Shown: positions 33,484-43,749 of the stretch, one piece after another
Position numbering within the stretch: position 1 is the stretch's first letter
How the letters are laid out: each line of letters opens with the position of its first letter
NCBI GenBank assembly: GCA_028818775.1
Contig: JAPPNE010000039.1
Coordinates: 8-64,007 of the forward strand
Direction: 5' to 3'
Source of the DNA: Deltaproteobacteria bacterium
Lineage (GTDB): Bacteria; Desulfobacterota; Binatia; UBA9968; JAJDTQ01
DNA: 64,000 nt
The notes under the pieces: model-generated
What the model was told of the DNA's origin: nothing
Databases searched by the model: none
What the model saw: the letters and a program-made list of their open reading frames with translations, nothing else
Translations under genes and position numbers: made by a program

Positions 33484-33741
33484 ATGATCCAGCCACAAGA
33501 GATCGAGGATACGCTGGGCCGGGTTTTCCCGGGCTGTGTCGTGCCGATGATCAAGGACCTGACCGGCGGGGGCGATCACTACCAGGTGGTGGTCGTGCAT
33601 GATTCGTTCGCCGGCAAGGGGCTCATCGACCAGCACAAGATGGTCTACGAGGCGCTCAAGGACGAGCTTGGCGACGAACGGATCCACGCCTTGTCGTTGA
33701 AGACCTTCACCCCCGAGCAGTGGGAGAAGTTCGGCTCCTAG
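33484..33741 (+). CDS. BolA family protein
   Basis: 85-aa BolA-like protein (GGGDHYQVVVVHDSFAG). Confidence 0.8.
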   Translation: MIQPQEIEDTLGRVFPGCVVPMIKDLTGGGDHYQVVVVHDSFAGKGLIDQHKMVYEALKDELGDERIHALSLKTFTPEQWEKFGS

Positions 33742-33796
33742 ACACGGCCTGACGGCACACCCACCTGCCCGGTCACTGCCGTTTCGGGAGGTTCCC

Positions 33797-34951
33797 ATGC
33801 TGACCATCGACTCGGACGGCCACCTGCACGAGCCCTTCGACCTGTTCGACCGCTACATCGAAAAGGAGTTCCACGCCATCCGTCCGCGCGTCGTCGACCT
33901 GCGCGATGAGCCCAGGGACCAGGGGCGCTGGGTGGCCGAGGGGCGGGTGGTGCCGCGCATTCCCTTCTCGCGGGGCGTGGGCGGCGGCGGGTTCAACTAC
34001 CCCACGCCGCGGCACAAGCAGATGAAGGCACGTGACAACTCGCTGGACGACATCCCCGGACGCCTCGAAGACCTCGACCTGATGGGCGTGGACTACCAGG
34101 TGGTGTTCCCGACGGCGCTGGTATGGGTGTTCGACCTGGAGAACACGGAACTGGCGGGCGCCGTGTGCCGCGCCTACAACAACTACGTGGCGGAGCAGTG
34201 TTCCAAGGCTCCCAAACGGCTCAACGCCATCGCCATGGTGCCGATCCAGGACCCGGCCGGGGCCGCCGAAGAGGCCAGGAGGGCAGTGCGGGAGCTGGGT
34301 CTCGCCGGCGTGCTGCTGCCCGGCATGGCCGGCAACCGGCCGCTGCATTCCTCGGAATACGAACCGTTCTTCGCCGCCTTGGACGAACTCGACACCCCCA
34401 TCGGCTTCCACGCGGTCACCGGCATGCACGACACGCCGTGGGCCGACTGCTTCACGGACTTCTTCTCCACCCACGTCACCGCCATGCCGTTCTCCATGAT
34501 GGTGGGCATGATGTCTGTGGTGCGCATGGGCATCCTGGCGCGCTACCCCAACCTGCGCTGCGCCTTCCTCGAGATCGGCGCCACCTGGTTCCCGTACTGG
34601 GCCTGGTGGGTAGGAAAGCACATCGAGCACGTCCGCGGACCCAGGGGCGACGGGCGGCACGAAGGCAACTGGGGCAGGGCGCCCTACACCCTGCCCGAAA
34701 CCATCCGGGAACCCATGGAGGACATCCTTTCCGGACGCATCCTCTCAGGCTTCGAAGACGACGAGAACCTGCGCGCCGTCATCGACCAGGTAGGCGCCGG
34801 CTCGCTCATGTACGCCAGCGACTACCCTCACAGCGACATGGACTGGGGCCGGGTGGACGCCATCAAGAACAACGATTCGATTACCCGGGAAGAGAGGGCG
34901 GCGCTGCTGGGCGGCAACGCGCGGCGGTTCTATAAACTGGACTTGGGATGA
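33797..34951 (+). CDS. Amidohydrolase-2 family metal-dependent hydrolase/decarboxylase (paralog 2)
   Basis: MLTIDSDGHLHEP metal motif and a GGGAGG RBS. Confidence 0.8.
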   Translation: MLTIDSDGHLHEPFDLFDRYIEKEFHAIRPRVVDLRDEPRDQGRWVAEGRVVPRIPFSRGVGGGGFNYPTPRHKQMKARDNSLDDIPGRLEDLDLMGVDYQVVFPTALVWVFDLENTELAGAVCRAYNNYVAEQCSKAPKRLNAIAMVPIQDPAGAAEEARRAVRELGLAGVLLPGMAGNRPLHSSEYEPFFAALDELDTPIGFHAVTGMHDTPWADCFTDFFSTHVTAMPFSMMVGMMSVVRMGILARYPNLRCAFLEIGATWFPYWAWWVGKHIEHVRGPRGDGRHEGNWGRAPYTLPETIREPMEDILSGRILSGFEDDENLRAVIDQVGAGSLMYASDYPHSDMDWGRVDAIKNNDSITREERAALLGGNARRFYKLDLG

Positions 34952-34957
34952 GCGCCG

Positions 34958-35926
34958 TCAAACCCCCTCCGCCACCTTCCCAAAAACCCGCATAAAGTTT
35001 CCGCCCAGGATCCCCGCCGCCTCGCTCTTGGAGAACCCCGCCGCGAGCAGCGCGGCCGCGAGGTTCGGCAGCTCGGCGTAGTCGTCGAAGACCGTGTTGC
35101 GCAGGCCGTCCATGTCGGTGCCCACGGCGAGATGCTCGGGGCCGACGAGGTCGGCGAGCTTCCGGAAACGCCGGGTCCACCGTTCCAGGCCGCCGCGTCC
35201 CGCGGGCCAGACGCCGATGACGCCGCCGGTGGAGGCGATGAGCCGCGCGTGGTCGGCGTAGATGAAGCGCGTGTACTTGCGCGGCGTACGGCGCAGCGCG
35301 GTGTGGCTCAGCATGATGGGCCGGGTGGTGATGTCCACCACGTTCCGCGTTACCTGCTCGGTGGCGTGGGCCACGTCCACGATCAGGCCCAGGCGGTTCA
35401 TCTCGCGGATCACCTGCGCGCCGAACGGGGTCAGGCCGTGATGGCGCGGCTCCTCGGTCTGGATGTCGGCGACGGCGTTGATGTTGTAGTGCACGAGCTG
35501 GATGGAGCGGATGCCGCGGTCGTGGGCCTCCTGGACGCGGTCGATGCGTTCCTCCAGGAAGTCGGCGCCCTCCGCGGCGAGGATGGCGCCGGGCCGGCGC
35601 GTCCGCTTGGCGCGCAGGACGTCGGCGGGACTCAGCACCCGCGGGAGATGGCCTTCGGCGAACCACGGGTCGAGCACGGCGAAGCGCGAGCAGGTGTCGC
35701 GGTACGATTCCCCGGGCTCGAACGCCCGGTGCGCCCGGATCCTGCCGACTTCCCGGTCCCGGCGGATGACGGCCCGGTCCGTGCTCACGCAGAAGAAACC
35801 GGCGCTCAGGCCGCCCCGGACCATTTGCCGGATACGCTGTTCCAGGCCGGTATTGTCCCGGTGGAAACGGCCGGGGTGGGCGTGGATGTCCACCGAGGGT
35901 TGCTGATCGAGCAGATCCGCGCTCAC
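34958..35926 (-). CDS. Membrane dipeptidase (peptidase M19 family)
   Basis: VDIHAHP...HYNIN...VDVAH motifs of renal-dipeptidase-like enzymes. GTG start overlaps the stop of the upstream gene. Confidence 0.8.
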   Translation of the reverse strand: MSADLLDQQPSVDIHAHPGRFHRDNTGLEQRIRQMVRGGLSAGFFCVSTDRAVIRRDREVGRIRAHRAFEPGESYRDTCSRFAVLDPWFAEGHLPRVLSPADVLRAKRTRRPGAILAAEGADFLEERIDRVQEAHDRGIRSIQLVHYNINAVADIQTEEPRHHGLTPFGAQVIREMNRLGLIVDVAHATEQVTRNVVDITTRPIMLSHTALRRTPRKYTRFIYADHARLIASTGGVIGVWPAGRGGLERWTRRFRKLADLVGPEHLAVGTDMDGLRNTVFDDYAELPNLAAALLAAGFSKSEAAGILGGNFMRVFGKVAEGV

Positions 35927-36648
35927 GCGGCCAGACTACCCATCAACCGGCCGTAGCCCGCCACGCTCTCCCGGATACGGATCAGCTTCAGCGCGTACCA
36001 GATGTAGGCCTGGCAACTGGTGACCACGGGCTTGCCGATCTCGTGCTCCAGGATCTCCACGTCCTCGATGGTGGGCCAGCGCGGGCACGGTATGAAAATG
36101 CCGTCCGCCTCGGGGGCCTTTTCATAGAGGCGCTTGGCGATCTTGTAGGAGGCGTGGACCGGCAGGTCCGAGATGGCCGAGTTCTTGCGCACGCCATAGC
36201 CCTCGATCTGAAGCACCTCGAAGCCGGAGGCCTCGAGAAAGGCTTTCATGCGCGCGTTCAGGTCGTCCTCGTGGGGGGTGGCGACCACGAGGCTGTGGAG
36301 CCCCATGGCCTTGAGGGCTTCCACCTCGCCGGTGATGCCGGCGGTGATTGGGACGCCGGTCTTCTCGCTCAGGCGCCGCCCCATCTCGGTGTCGCTGCCG
36401 TAGCCCAGCTTGGTGAAGAGCGGTGAGCCGCCGAGAATGATCACGTCGCAACCGTTGTCCACCAGGTCCAGGGCCGCTTCCTCGATGCGTTCGAGCTGTC
36501 GCTCGAAGTCGGCGTCCACCAGTTGCCGGATGGTGCCGGTGCTGTTGAGCAACTGGAACCCCGCGGGCAGCATTCGATAGAACTCGTACACCAGGGTGTC
36601 TCCGCGGGACGGAGCCACATGGCCTACACGCGCGCGCCAACCATACAT
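35923..36648 (-). CDS. Asp/Glu/hydantoin racemase superfamily protein (maleate isomerase/arylmalonate decarboxylase-like)
   Basis: RIGHVAPS-like N-terminus, Cys-containing motifs and an ACGGAGG RBS. Confidence 0.75.
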   Translation of the reverse strand: MYGWRARVGHVAPSRGDTLVYEFYRMLPAGFQLLNSTGTIRQLVDADFERQLERIEEAALDLVDNGCDVIILGGSPLFTKLGYGSDTEMGRRLSEKTGVPITAGITGEVEALKAMGLHSLVVATPHEDDLNARMKAFLEASGFEVLQIEGYGVRKNSAISDLPVHASYKIAKRLYEKAPEADGIFIPCPRWPTIEDVEILEHEIGKPVVTSCQAYIWYALKLIRIRESVAGYGRLMGSLAA

Positions 36649-36673
36649 GATGAGCCTCCGTTGCTGTCGTTCC

Positions 36674-37276
36674 TCAAACCGAGGTCGGAGCGGACAGGTC
36701 CAGGCAGCGCTCGATCTCGGTGAAGACCTGGTTGAAATGCATGATCCGCATCACGCCAGGATGCGAAAACGACCGGTTGTAGGGGTGGTGCGGCATCAGC
36801 ACCCGGGCGTTCGTGTTCTCGGCCACGTCCTGGCAGTTCTCGTAGTTGTCGTCGACGAACAGCATCACTCCGAGCTTGTCCACCACCGCCGACTTCTCTT
36901 TCTCCACCAGGTACACGTCGGGGTTGGTGATGCCGTGCCGCCGGAACCATTCCGACGTCACCGCGTGGATGTCCCAGCTCTCGTGGCCGGTCCTGTGCGT
37001 GATGAATGAAAGCAACCCGCGCCGGCTCAGTTGCTCCAACCGCAACCACTGCTGGGCGCTCAGGAGCGAGTCCAACCCGTCCCAGAACCCGGGGTCGCGC
37101 CGCACGGCGTCGGAGCAGTCCCTCACGGCTTCCTCGGTCAAGACCGGATGCGCCGAAAGACGCACGCTGCTTAGCGACTCGGCCGGGATCGGTCCCTTGC
37201 CGACGCGCTTTTCCAGACGGATAAGAAAAGGAGAGAGAAAATCGGCCACCACGCCGTCGATGTCCAGCCCCACCAT
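36674..37276 (-). CDS. HAD-superfamily 5'(3')-deoxyribonucleotidase-like
   Basis: MVGLDIDGVVADF HAD motif I, NT5C-like. Confidence 0.7.
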   Translation of the reverse strand: MVGLDIDGVVADFLSPFLIRLEKRVGKGPIPAESLSSVRLSAHPVLTEEAVRDCSDAVRRDPGFWDGLDSLLSAQQWLRLEQLSRRGLLSFITHRTGHESWDIHAVTSEWFRRHGITNPDVYLVEKEKSAVVDKLGVMLFVDDNYENCQDVAENTNARVLMPHHPYNRSFSHPGVMRIMHFNQVFTEIERCLDLSAPTSV

Positions 37277-37409
37277 CGTGATCAGAGCTTACGCAATCGA
37301 GGGGCGTGCCGCAATGCGCCAGTGCGCGGGGGTGCACGACAAATTGTAGCCACGGATCAGAGGGCGTTGGCGTGGCGTTCCCGGAAGTCATCGATGAGGT
37401 GGCCCCCGG

Positions 37410-37454
37410 TTGACAAATGTCGGTTATTTCGTTATTTTTACCGTCAAAATAACG
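37410..37454 (+). promoter_or_regulatory. Sigma70-like promoter (-35 TTGACA, -10 TATTTT) overlapped by a palindromic operator-like site
   Basis: TTGACA at 37410-37415, a 17-bp spacer, TATTTT at 37433-37438. Palindrome cgttatttt-N7-aaaataacg at 37430-37454 in an AT-rich block 12 nt before the ATPase ATG. Confidence 0.4.
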
Positions 37455-37465
37455 GGATCGCCGAC

Positions 37466-38635
37466 ATGTACTCCAGGATACTCGATCTGCCCGAAAAGAG
37501 TTTCTTCCTGTTCGGCCCGCGTGGCACCGGGAAATCCGTGTGGCTGCAGCAACGTCTCGGCCACGCAGACCTGAGCATCAATCTCCTCAAGTCCGGCGAG
37601 TATCTTCGATACAAGCGGGACCCCTCCCTTCTCGCTCAGGAAGCAGCCGCGTTGCCCGGCCGGCGGCCCTGGATCATTATCGACGAGGTGCAAAAGCTGC
37701 CGGAGTTGCTCGACGAGGTGCATGCGCTCCTGTTCGAGAGCGGACAGGACCATCGGTTTGCACTGTCCGGGTCCAGCGCCCGGAAGCTAAAGCGGTCCCA
37801 TGCCAACATGCTCGCGGGACGCGCCCTTTTGAAACGGATGTTTCCACTGAGCATGCTTGAAGTCGGTGAGGACTTCAGCCTGCCGGAGGCTCTGCGTTAC
37901 GGACAGTTGCCCTTGAGTGTGACATCGGTTTCCCGAACCGAGAAGGTCGAGTTCCTGGATGCCTACGTCGAGACCTATCTGAAGGAAGAGATTCAGCAGG
38001 AAGCTCTGGTCAGGAACCTTGACAGTTTCTACCGGTTCCTGTCAGTCGCCGGCATGATGAGCGGGCAGTTGCTGAACATCGCCAATATCGCCCGGGACGT
38101 GGGCGTCGCCAGGTCCACCGTCCAAGGCTATTTCGGCATCCTGGAAGACACCTTGCTGGGCTGGCACCTGCCCGCCTACCGCAACAAGGCCAAGGTCAAG
38201 GAGGTGGCTCACCCCAAGTTCTACCTGTTCGATTGCGGCGTGCAGCGTGCCCTGATGGGGAGGCACCGGGACGAACCCTCGGCGGTCGAGACGGGCGCTT
38301 TGTTCGAGGCCTTCGTTCTGAATGAGTTCAGGGCACTCAACGTGTGGCGGTCTCACGGCGCGCAGTTCTTCTACTGGCGCACGGAGGCGGGCAACGAAGT
38401 GGACCTGATCTGGAAGAGGGGAGAGCAGGCCGCGGGCTTTGAAATCAAGTCGTCCAATGTCTGGCAGGAGAAATTCAACAAGGGATTGAATGTCTTGTTG
38501 CAGACCGGTGACATCGGGCATGCTTTCGGCGTGTATCGCGGCGAACGGGCTCTGAAGGTCGGAAAGGTGACCGTGCTCCCTTACAAGATGGCCATCGAGA
38601 TGGCCCTGGAAGGGAGTTTCGTTCCAACACCTTGA
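37466..38635 (+). CDS. AAA+ ATPase with C-terminal DUF4143 domain
   Basis: Walker A GPRGTGKS, Walker B IIIDEV, DUF4143-like C-terminus. Locally lower GC. Confidence 0.85.
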   Translation: MYSRILDLPEKSFFLFGPRGTGKSVWLQQRLGHADLSINLLKSGEYLRYKRDPSLLAQEAAALPGRRPWIIIDEVQKLPELLDEVHALLFESGQDHRFALSGSSARKLKRSHANMLAGRALLKRMFPLSMLEVGEDFSLPEALRYGQLPLSVTSVSRTEKVEFLDAYVETYLKEEIQQEALVRNLDSFYRFLSVAGMMSGQLLNIANIARDVGVARSTVQGYFGILEDTLLGWHLPAYRNKAKVKEVAHPKFYLFDCGVQRALMGRHRDEPSAVETGALFEAFVLNEFRALNVWRSHGAQFFYWRTEAGNEVDLIWKRGEQAAGFEIKSSNVWQEKFNKGLNVLLQTGDIGHAFGVYRGERALKVGKVTVLPYKMAIEMALEGSFVPTP

Positions 38636-38884
38636 CCGGTCAATGCGAGATGCGTCGCAACGGGCGCCGGCCGATGCGGGCACGCGCGCGTTCCTTGACG
38701 AACCGCAACCGGTCGGATACAAAACCCTTTTCTTCAGGCACACCGCAACACCCGCCCGCTTTCCTCTGAATCGACCGGAGCTCGAAGCGCAGGACCATCG
38801 GGTCGTCGGCGGCGTATCGCACCGGCGTGCTCACCGTGCCGTCAACGATCGTGAGCGGTTGCATCTAACCAGTCAGGAGAGGTC

Positions 38885-39889
38885 ATGGCCAGAGTCGGAT
38901 TCGCACTGGGTTACGGGAAGTTCACCAACGTCCGGGAAATCGCCGATCTCATGCGGCGGGCGGAGGAACGGGGCTTCGAGATGGGCTTCTTTTCCGAGAC
39001 CATCGAACTGATGCGGGACTCGGTCTCGGCCCTGAGCGCCATGGGTCTGGCCACTTCCAAGGTGACCTTGGGAGCCACGCAGATCGTCCGTCTGCGCACG
39101 CCCATCTGCATGGCCCAGTCGCTGATGACCCTGGACGAGCTGACCGGCGGGCGCATCACGCTGGCGCCGGGCGCCTGTACCCGAAGCCACGCCCGGGTCC
39201 ACGCCATGGAGCACCAGGACCCCCCTCAGGTCCTCAAGGAATACATCGAGTCCATGCGGCTGCTCTTCACCGGCGAGAAGGTCGACTACGAAGGCCAGTT
39301 CGTCAAGTTCAAGAACGTCGGCATCGGCTGGAAGCCGCTGCGCACCAACATCCCGCTCTACATCCCGGCCACCGCGAGGCCCGGCCTCAAGCTGGCCGGC
39401 CAGATCGGCGACGGCGTGGTGCTGAACGCGGTCTGCTCGCCCGAGTACACCGCCAACGCCCTCAAGATCATCAAGGACGCCGCCGAGGAGGCGGGCCGCG
39501 ACTTCTCGAAGTTCGAGGTCGCCCAGTTGATCAACTGCTCCATTGCCGACGACCACCAAAAGGCCCTGGACGCCATCCGCTGGGAGGTGGCCACCAAGCT
39601 CGACCCCGTCCAGCTCCCGTTCATCGCCCGTCCGAAGATGAAAGTGGGCGAGCCATACATCCACGAGGAAGACATCCCGACGTTCGAGAAGGCCCATGCC
39701 GAGGGCGGCATGGAGGCCCTCATCAAGGCCATCCCGGATTCCTACGTGGAGGGCATGACGGCCAGTGGCACTCCGGACGAGGTCAAGGCCCGTGTCCAGC
39801 AGTACCGCGACGCGGGCGTCAAGATCCCGTTGCTGCGCCCGGCGGCGGCCGACCAGACCGACGCCCTTATGGACCTGTTCGCGCAATAG
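38885..39889 (+). CDS. Luciferase-like (LLM class) flavin/F420-dependent oxidoreductase
   Basis: LLM fold motifs and an AGGAGAGG RBS. Confidence 0.8.
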   Translation: MARVGFALGYGKFTNVREIADLMRRAEERGFEMGFFSETIELMRDSVSALSAMGLATSKVTLGATQIVRLRTPICMAQSLMTLDELTGGRITLAPGACTRSHARVHAMEHQDPPQVLKEYIESMRLLFTGEKVDYEGQFVKFKNVGIGWKPLRTNIPLYIPATARPGLKLAGQIGDGVVLNAVCSPEYTANALKIIKDAAEEAGRDFSKFEVAQLINCSIADDHQKALDAIRWEVATKLDPVQLPFIARPKMKVGEPYIHEEDIPTFEKAHAEGGMEALIKAIPDSYVEGMTASGTPDEVKARVQQYRDAGVKIPLLRPAAADQTDALMDLFAQ

Positions 39890-39908
39890 CGGCGGTTGTC
39901 CGGCCTCC

Positions 39909-41993
39909 ATGTACCGTGTCGGCGTTGACATAGGCGGAACCTTCACGGATCTGCTGCTGGTGGCGGATGACGGCACCTCCTTCATCGGCAAGACCCTGAC
40001 CACCCACGGCGACCCGAGCGTGGCGGTGGAAACCGCCATGCGCGAGGGGCTGGAGGCCGGCATCGTGGACCGCGTCCAGACGGGCACCGTGGTGCACGGC
40101 ACCACGCTGGTCACCAACGCCCTGATCGAGCGCAAGGGCGCCATGACCGCGCTTCTCACCACCGAAGGGTTCCGCGACGCCCTGGAGATCGGCCGCGAGC
40201 ACCGCTACGAGCTCTACGACCTGGATCTCGAGTTTCCCAAGCCCCTGGTGCCGCGCTACCTCCGTTTCGATGTGCCCGAACGCGTGGCCGCGGACGGCAA
40301 CGTGCTGACGCCGCTGGACGAGGACTTCGTGCGCGGCCTGGTGGCCGAGCTTTGGGACAAGGGGGTGCGGGCGGTGGCGGTGTGCTATCTCAACAGCTTC
40401 CGCAACCCAGCCCACGAGCGCCGCACCCAGGAGCTCATTGCCGAGGTGGCGCCGGACATCCGCGTGTCGGTCAGCGCCGACGTGGTGCCCGAGATCCGCG
40501 AGTTCCAGCGCACCAGCACCACCGCGGCCAACGTCTACGTGCAGGAGCGCGTGGCCGCCTACCTGCAGGAACTTCAGCAACGGCTGGACGGCCTGCGTTT
40601 CAGCGGCAGCTTCTTCGTGATGCTCTCCAGCGGCGGCATCGGCACGCCCGAGACGGCCGCCCGCTTCCCGGTGCGGATGCTGGAATCGGGGCCGGCGGCG
40701 GGAGCGCTGGCGGCAGCCGCGCTGGGGCAGCGCGCGGGCTATCCCGATCTCCTCTCCTTCGACATGGGCGGCACCACCGCCAAGCTCTGCGCGGTGGAGA
40801 ACGGCTATCCGCTGAAGGCGCGGGAGTTCGAGGTGGACCGGATCTACCGCTTCCGCAAGGGCAGCGGCCTGCCCATCAAGATCCCGGTCATCGACATGAT
40901 CGAGATCGGCGCCGGCGGCGGCAGCATCGCCCGGGTGGACGCCCTGGGCCTTCTCAAGGTGGGGCCCGACAGCGCCGGCGCCGAGCCGGGGCCGGCCTGC
41001 TACGGCCGCGGCGGCACCGGCGCCACGGTCACCGACGCCAACCTGATCCTGGGCTACTTCGACCCGGACTATTTTCTCGGCGGGGAGATGAAGCTCGACG
41101 TGGACGCGGCAAGGCAGGCCCTTGGCGCGGTGGCCGGCAAGCTCGACATGCGCGTGGAGGAAGTGGCCTGGGGCATCCACCAGATCGTCAACGAGAACAT
41201 GGCCAACGCCGCCCGTGCACACCTCGGGGAACGCGGCAAGGACCCGCGGGAGCTGCCCATGTACGCCTTCGGCGGCGCCGGGCCGGTGCACGGCGGTCAC
41301 GTCGCCGAGTTGCTGCGCCTGCCCACGCTGATCTCGCCCATGGGGGCAGGGGTGGGGTCGACCTTCGGGCTCCTGGCGGCGCCGCTGGCCTTCGACTTCG
41401 TGCGCAGCGCCTACAGCCTCCTGGACGAGCTGGACTGGTCCTTCGTCAACGGGATGTTCGACGAAATGTGCGCCGAGGGACGGGCCATCCTGGAACAGTC
41501 GGGGCTCGGCTCGGGCGAGATCGTCTACGAGCGCACCGCGGACATGCGCTACACCGGCCAGGGCCACGAGGTGTCGGTGCCCATCCCGGACGGGGTGCTG
41601 GACGCAGGCCATCTCGCCGCCATCACCGAGGCCTTCGAGCGCACCTATGAGCACATGTACGGCCGCACCGTCCCGGACGTGGTGGTGGAGGTGATCAACT
41701 GGCGCGTGGTGGCGCGGGGGCCGGAGCAGCCGCTCAATTTCTCCACCCAGGGCCGTAAGGTGGACGGAGCCAAGGCTCGGAAGGGTACGCGCCCGGTGTA
41801 TTCGGCGGGCCGGGGCAAGTTTGTCGAGACCGCGGTCTACGACCGCTACGCGCTGACGCCGGGCATGACCTTCCCGGGCCCCGCCATCGTGGAGGAGCGG
41901 GAGTCCACCCTGGTGGTGACCGCCCGCAGCCGCGCCCGGGTTGACGATTATCTGAACGTGATCGTAGAGTTCGAATACGGTCAGCACGCCTGA
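39909..41993 (+). CDS. hyuA: Hydantoinase/oxoprolinase family, A subunit
   Basis: MYRVGVDIGGTFTDLLLV N-terminus and HyuA domains. Confidence 0.9.
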   Translation: MYRVGVDIGGTFTDLLLVADDGTSFIGKTLTTHGDPSVAVETAMREGLEAGIVDRVQTGTVVHGTTLVTNALIERKGAMTALLTTEGFRDALEIGREHRYELYDLDLEFPKPLVPRYLRFDVPERVAADGNVLTPLDEDFVRGLVAELWDKGVRAVAVCYLNSFRNPAHERRTQELIAEVAPDIRVSVSADVVPEIREFQRTSTTAANVYVQERVAAYLQELQQRLDGLRFSGSFFVMLSSGGIGTPETAARFPVRMLESGPAAGALAAAALGQRAGYPDLLSFDMGGTTAKLCAVENGYPLKAREFEVDRIYRFRKGSGLPIKIPVIDMIEIGAGGGSIARVDALGLLKVGPDSAGAEPGPACYGRGGTGATVTDANLILGYFDPDYFLGGEMKLDVDAARQALGAVAGKLDMRVEEVAWGIHQIVNENMANAARAHLGERGKDPRELPMYAFGGAGPVHGGHVAELLRLPTLISPMGAGVGSTFGLLAAPLAFDFVRSAYSLLDELDWSFVNGMFDEMCAEGRAILEQSGLGSGEIVYERTADMRYTGQGHEVSVPIPDGVLDAGHLAAITEAFERTYEHMYGRTVPDVVVEVINWRVVARGPEQPLNFSTQGRKVDGAKARKGTRPVYSAGRGKFVETAVYDRYALTPGMTFPGPAIVEERESTLVVTARSRARVDDYLNVIVEFEYGQHA

Positions 41994-42024
41994 TTCGGCA
42001 CCCTCCGATGCACGGAGTTCTCTC

Positions 42025-43749
42025 ATGAGCAAAGACGTCATCGATCCCGTGACCCTCGAGGTCATCTGGAACCGGCTCCTGTCGGTGGCCAACGAGCAGC
42101 AGGACGCGCTCATGCGCACGGCCTTCAGCACCATCGTGCGGGAGAGCCAGGACCTGGCCTGCGGCCTCTTCGACACCAAGGGCCGCATGGTGGCCCAGTC
42201 GGTGAGCGGCACGCCGGGCCACATCAACGCCATGGCCACGTCCATGGGGCACTTCCTTCGGGAGTTCCCCGCGGAAACGCTGGTGCCGGGCGACGTGCTC
42301 ATCACCAACGACCCCTGGCAGACCGCGGGCCACGTCAACGACATCACCATCACCACGCCGATCTTCCGGGCCGGTCAACTCGTCGCCTTCTTCGCCAACA
42401 CTTGCCACGCCGCGGACATCGGCGGGCGCATCCTCTCGGCCGAGGCGCGGGAGGTCTACGAGGAGGGGCTGCGCATCCCCATCATGAAGCTGTTCCACGC
42501 GGGCGAGCCCGACCCGATTCTGCTCAAGATGATCCGCGCCAACGTGAGGCTTCCCCACGAGGTGGTGAGCGACTTCTACGCCCAGTCCGCGTGCAACGAC
42601 GCCGGCGGCCGGGCACTCATCGAGACCATGGACGAGTTCGGCCTCGACAGCTTCGACCCCGTCGCCGAGGAGATCATCAGCCGCTCGGAGAAGGCGGTGC
42701 GCGCGGCCATCGCCGAGCTCGATGACGGCGAGTGGGAAGGGGAGACCTGGAGCGACGGCTTCGAGGAGCCGATCTTCATCAAGACAAAGCTCGCGGTGCG
42801 CGGGGACGAGATCTTCATCGACTTCACCGGCTCGTCGCCGCAAAGCCACCGCGGCATCAACGTGGTGATGAACTATACCCACGCCTATGCCAGCTTCGCG
42901 GCCAAGGCGGCCATCTATCCGGACGTGCCTCACAACGAGGGCAGTTTCCGGCCGGTTCACGTGAGCGCGCCGGCGGGCTCCATCCTGAACGCCAACGAGC
43001 CGGCGCCGGTGGCGGCGCGCCAGACCGTGGGCCACTTCGTGCCCACCGCGGTGTTCACGGCGCTGGCCAAGGCGCTTCCGGGGAAGCTCATGGCGCCCAG
43101 CGCGGACCCCATCTGGCTCAGCGTGTGGCGCGGCCAGGACCCGGCGTTCAACCTCACGGTCTTCCAGGTGGGCGGCACCGGCGCCCGCCCCACCAAGGAC
43201 GGCCTCAGCGCGGTGGGTTTCCCCAGCGGCGTCGCGGGCGTGCCCGCCGAGGTCATCGAGAGCCTGTCGCCGCTGGTCATGCGCCGGCGCGAGCTGCGGG
43301 TGGACTCCGGCGGAGCCGGCACCTGGCGCGGCGGCCTCGGCCAGTTCACCGAGTTCGCCAACCGCGCCCGCGGCCAGTGGAGCGTCAACGGCATCCTCGA
43401 CCGCACCCGTTATGCCGCGCCCGGGATCATGGGGGGCGGCCCGGGCCTCCCCGGCGAGTTCATCCTCGACGGCGGCGAGCGTCCCAACCCCAAGGCCCAG
43501 ACCCACCTGGGCGGGGACCGCAGCGTGCAACTGAACCACCCCGGCGGCGGCGGCTACGGCGACCCCATGAAACGCGACCCCGAACGCGTGCGCGCGGACG
43601 TGGTGTACGGCTACATCACCCCCGAGGCCGCCGCCCGGGACTACGGCGTGGTGGTGCGCTTCACCGGCCGGGACGACGAAAGGGTGCGATTGCCGGAGCA
43701 GTGGGTCATCGACGAGGCGGCAACGCGGGAGTTGCGGGGGAACGCGTGA
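42025..43749 (+). CDS. hyuB: Hydantoinase/oxoprolinase family, B subunit
   Basis: MSKDVIDPVTLEVIWNRL...CGLFD hydantoinase B signature. Confidence 0.9.
   Translation: MSKDVIDPVTLEVIWNRLLSVANEQQDALMRTAFSTIVRESQDLACGLFDTKGRMVAQSVSGTPGHINAMATSMGHFLREFPAETLVPGDVLITNDPWQTAGHVNDITITTPIFRAGQLVAFFANTCHAADIGGRILSAEAREVYEEGLRIPIMKLFHAGEPDPILLKMIRANVRLPHEVVSDFYAQSACNDAGGRALIETMDEFGLDSFDPVAEEIISRSEKAVRAAIAELDDGEWEGETWSDGFEEPIFIKTKLAVRGDEIFIDFTGSSPQSHRGINVVMNYTHAYASFAAKAAIYPDVPHNEGSFRPVHVSAPAGSILNANEPAPVAARQTVGHFVPTAVFTALAKALPGKLMAPSADPIWLSVWRGQDPAFNLTVFQVGGTGARPTKDGLSAVGFPSGVAGVPAEVIESLSPLVMRRRELRVDSGGAGTWRGGLGQFTEFANRARGQWSVNGILDRTRYAAPGIMGGGPGLPGEFILDGGERPNPKAQTHLGGDRSVQLNHPGGGGYGDPMKRDPERVRADVVYGYITPEAAARDYGVVVRFTGRDDERVRLPEQWVIDEAATRELRGNA

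Noticed and set aside
38640-38864. 74-aa minus-strand ORF just 3' of the DUF4143 ATPase
   Set aside because: No RBS or family resemblance; could be real but unsupported.
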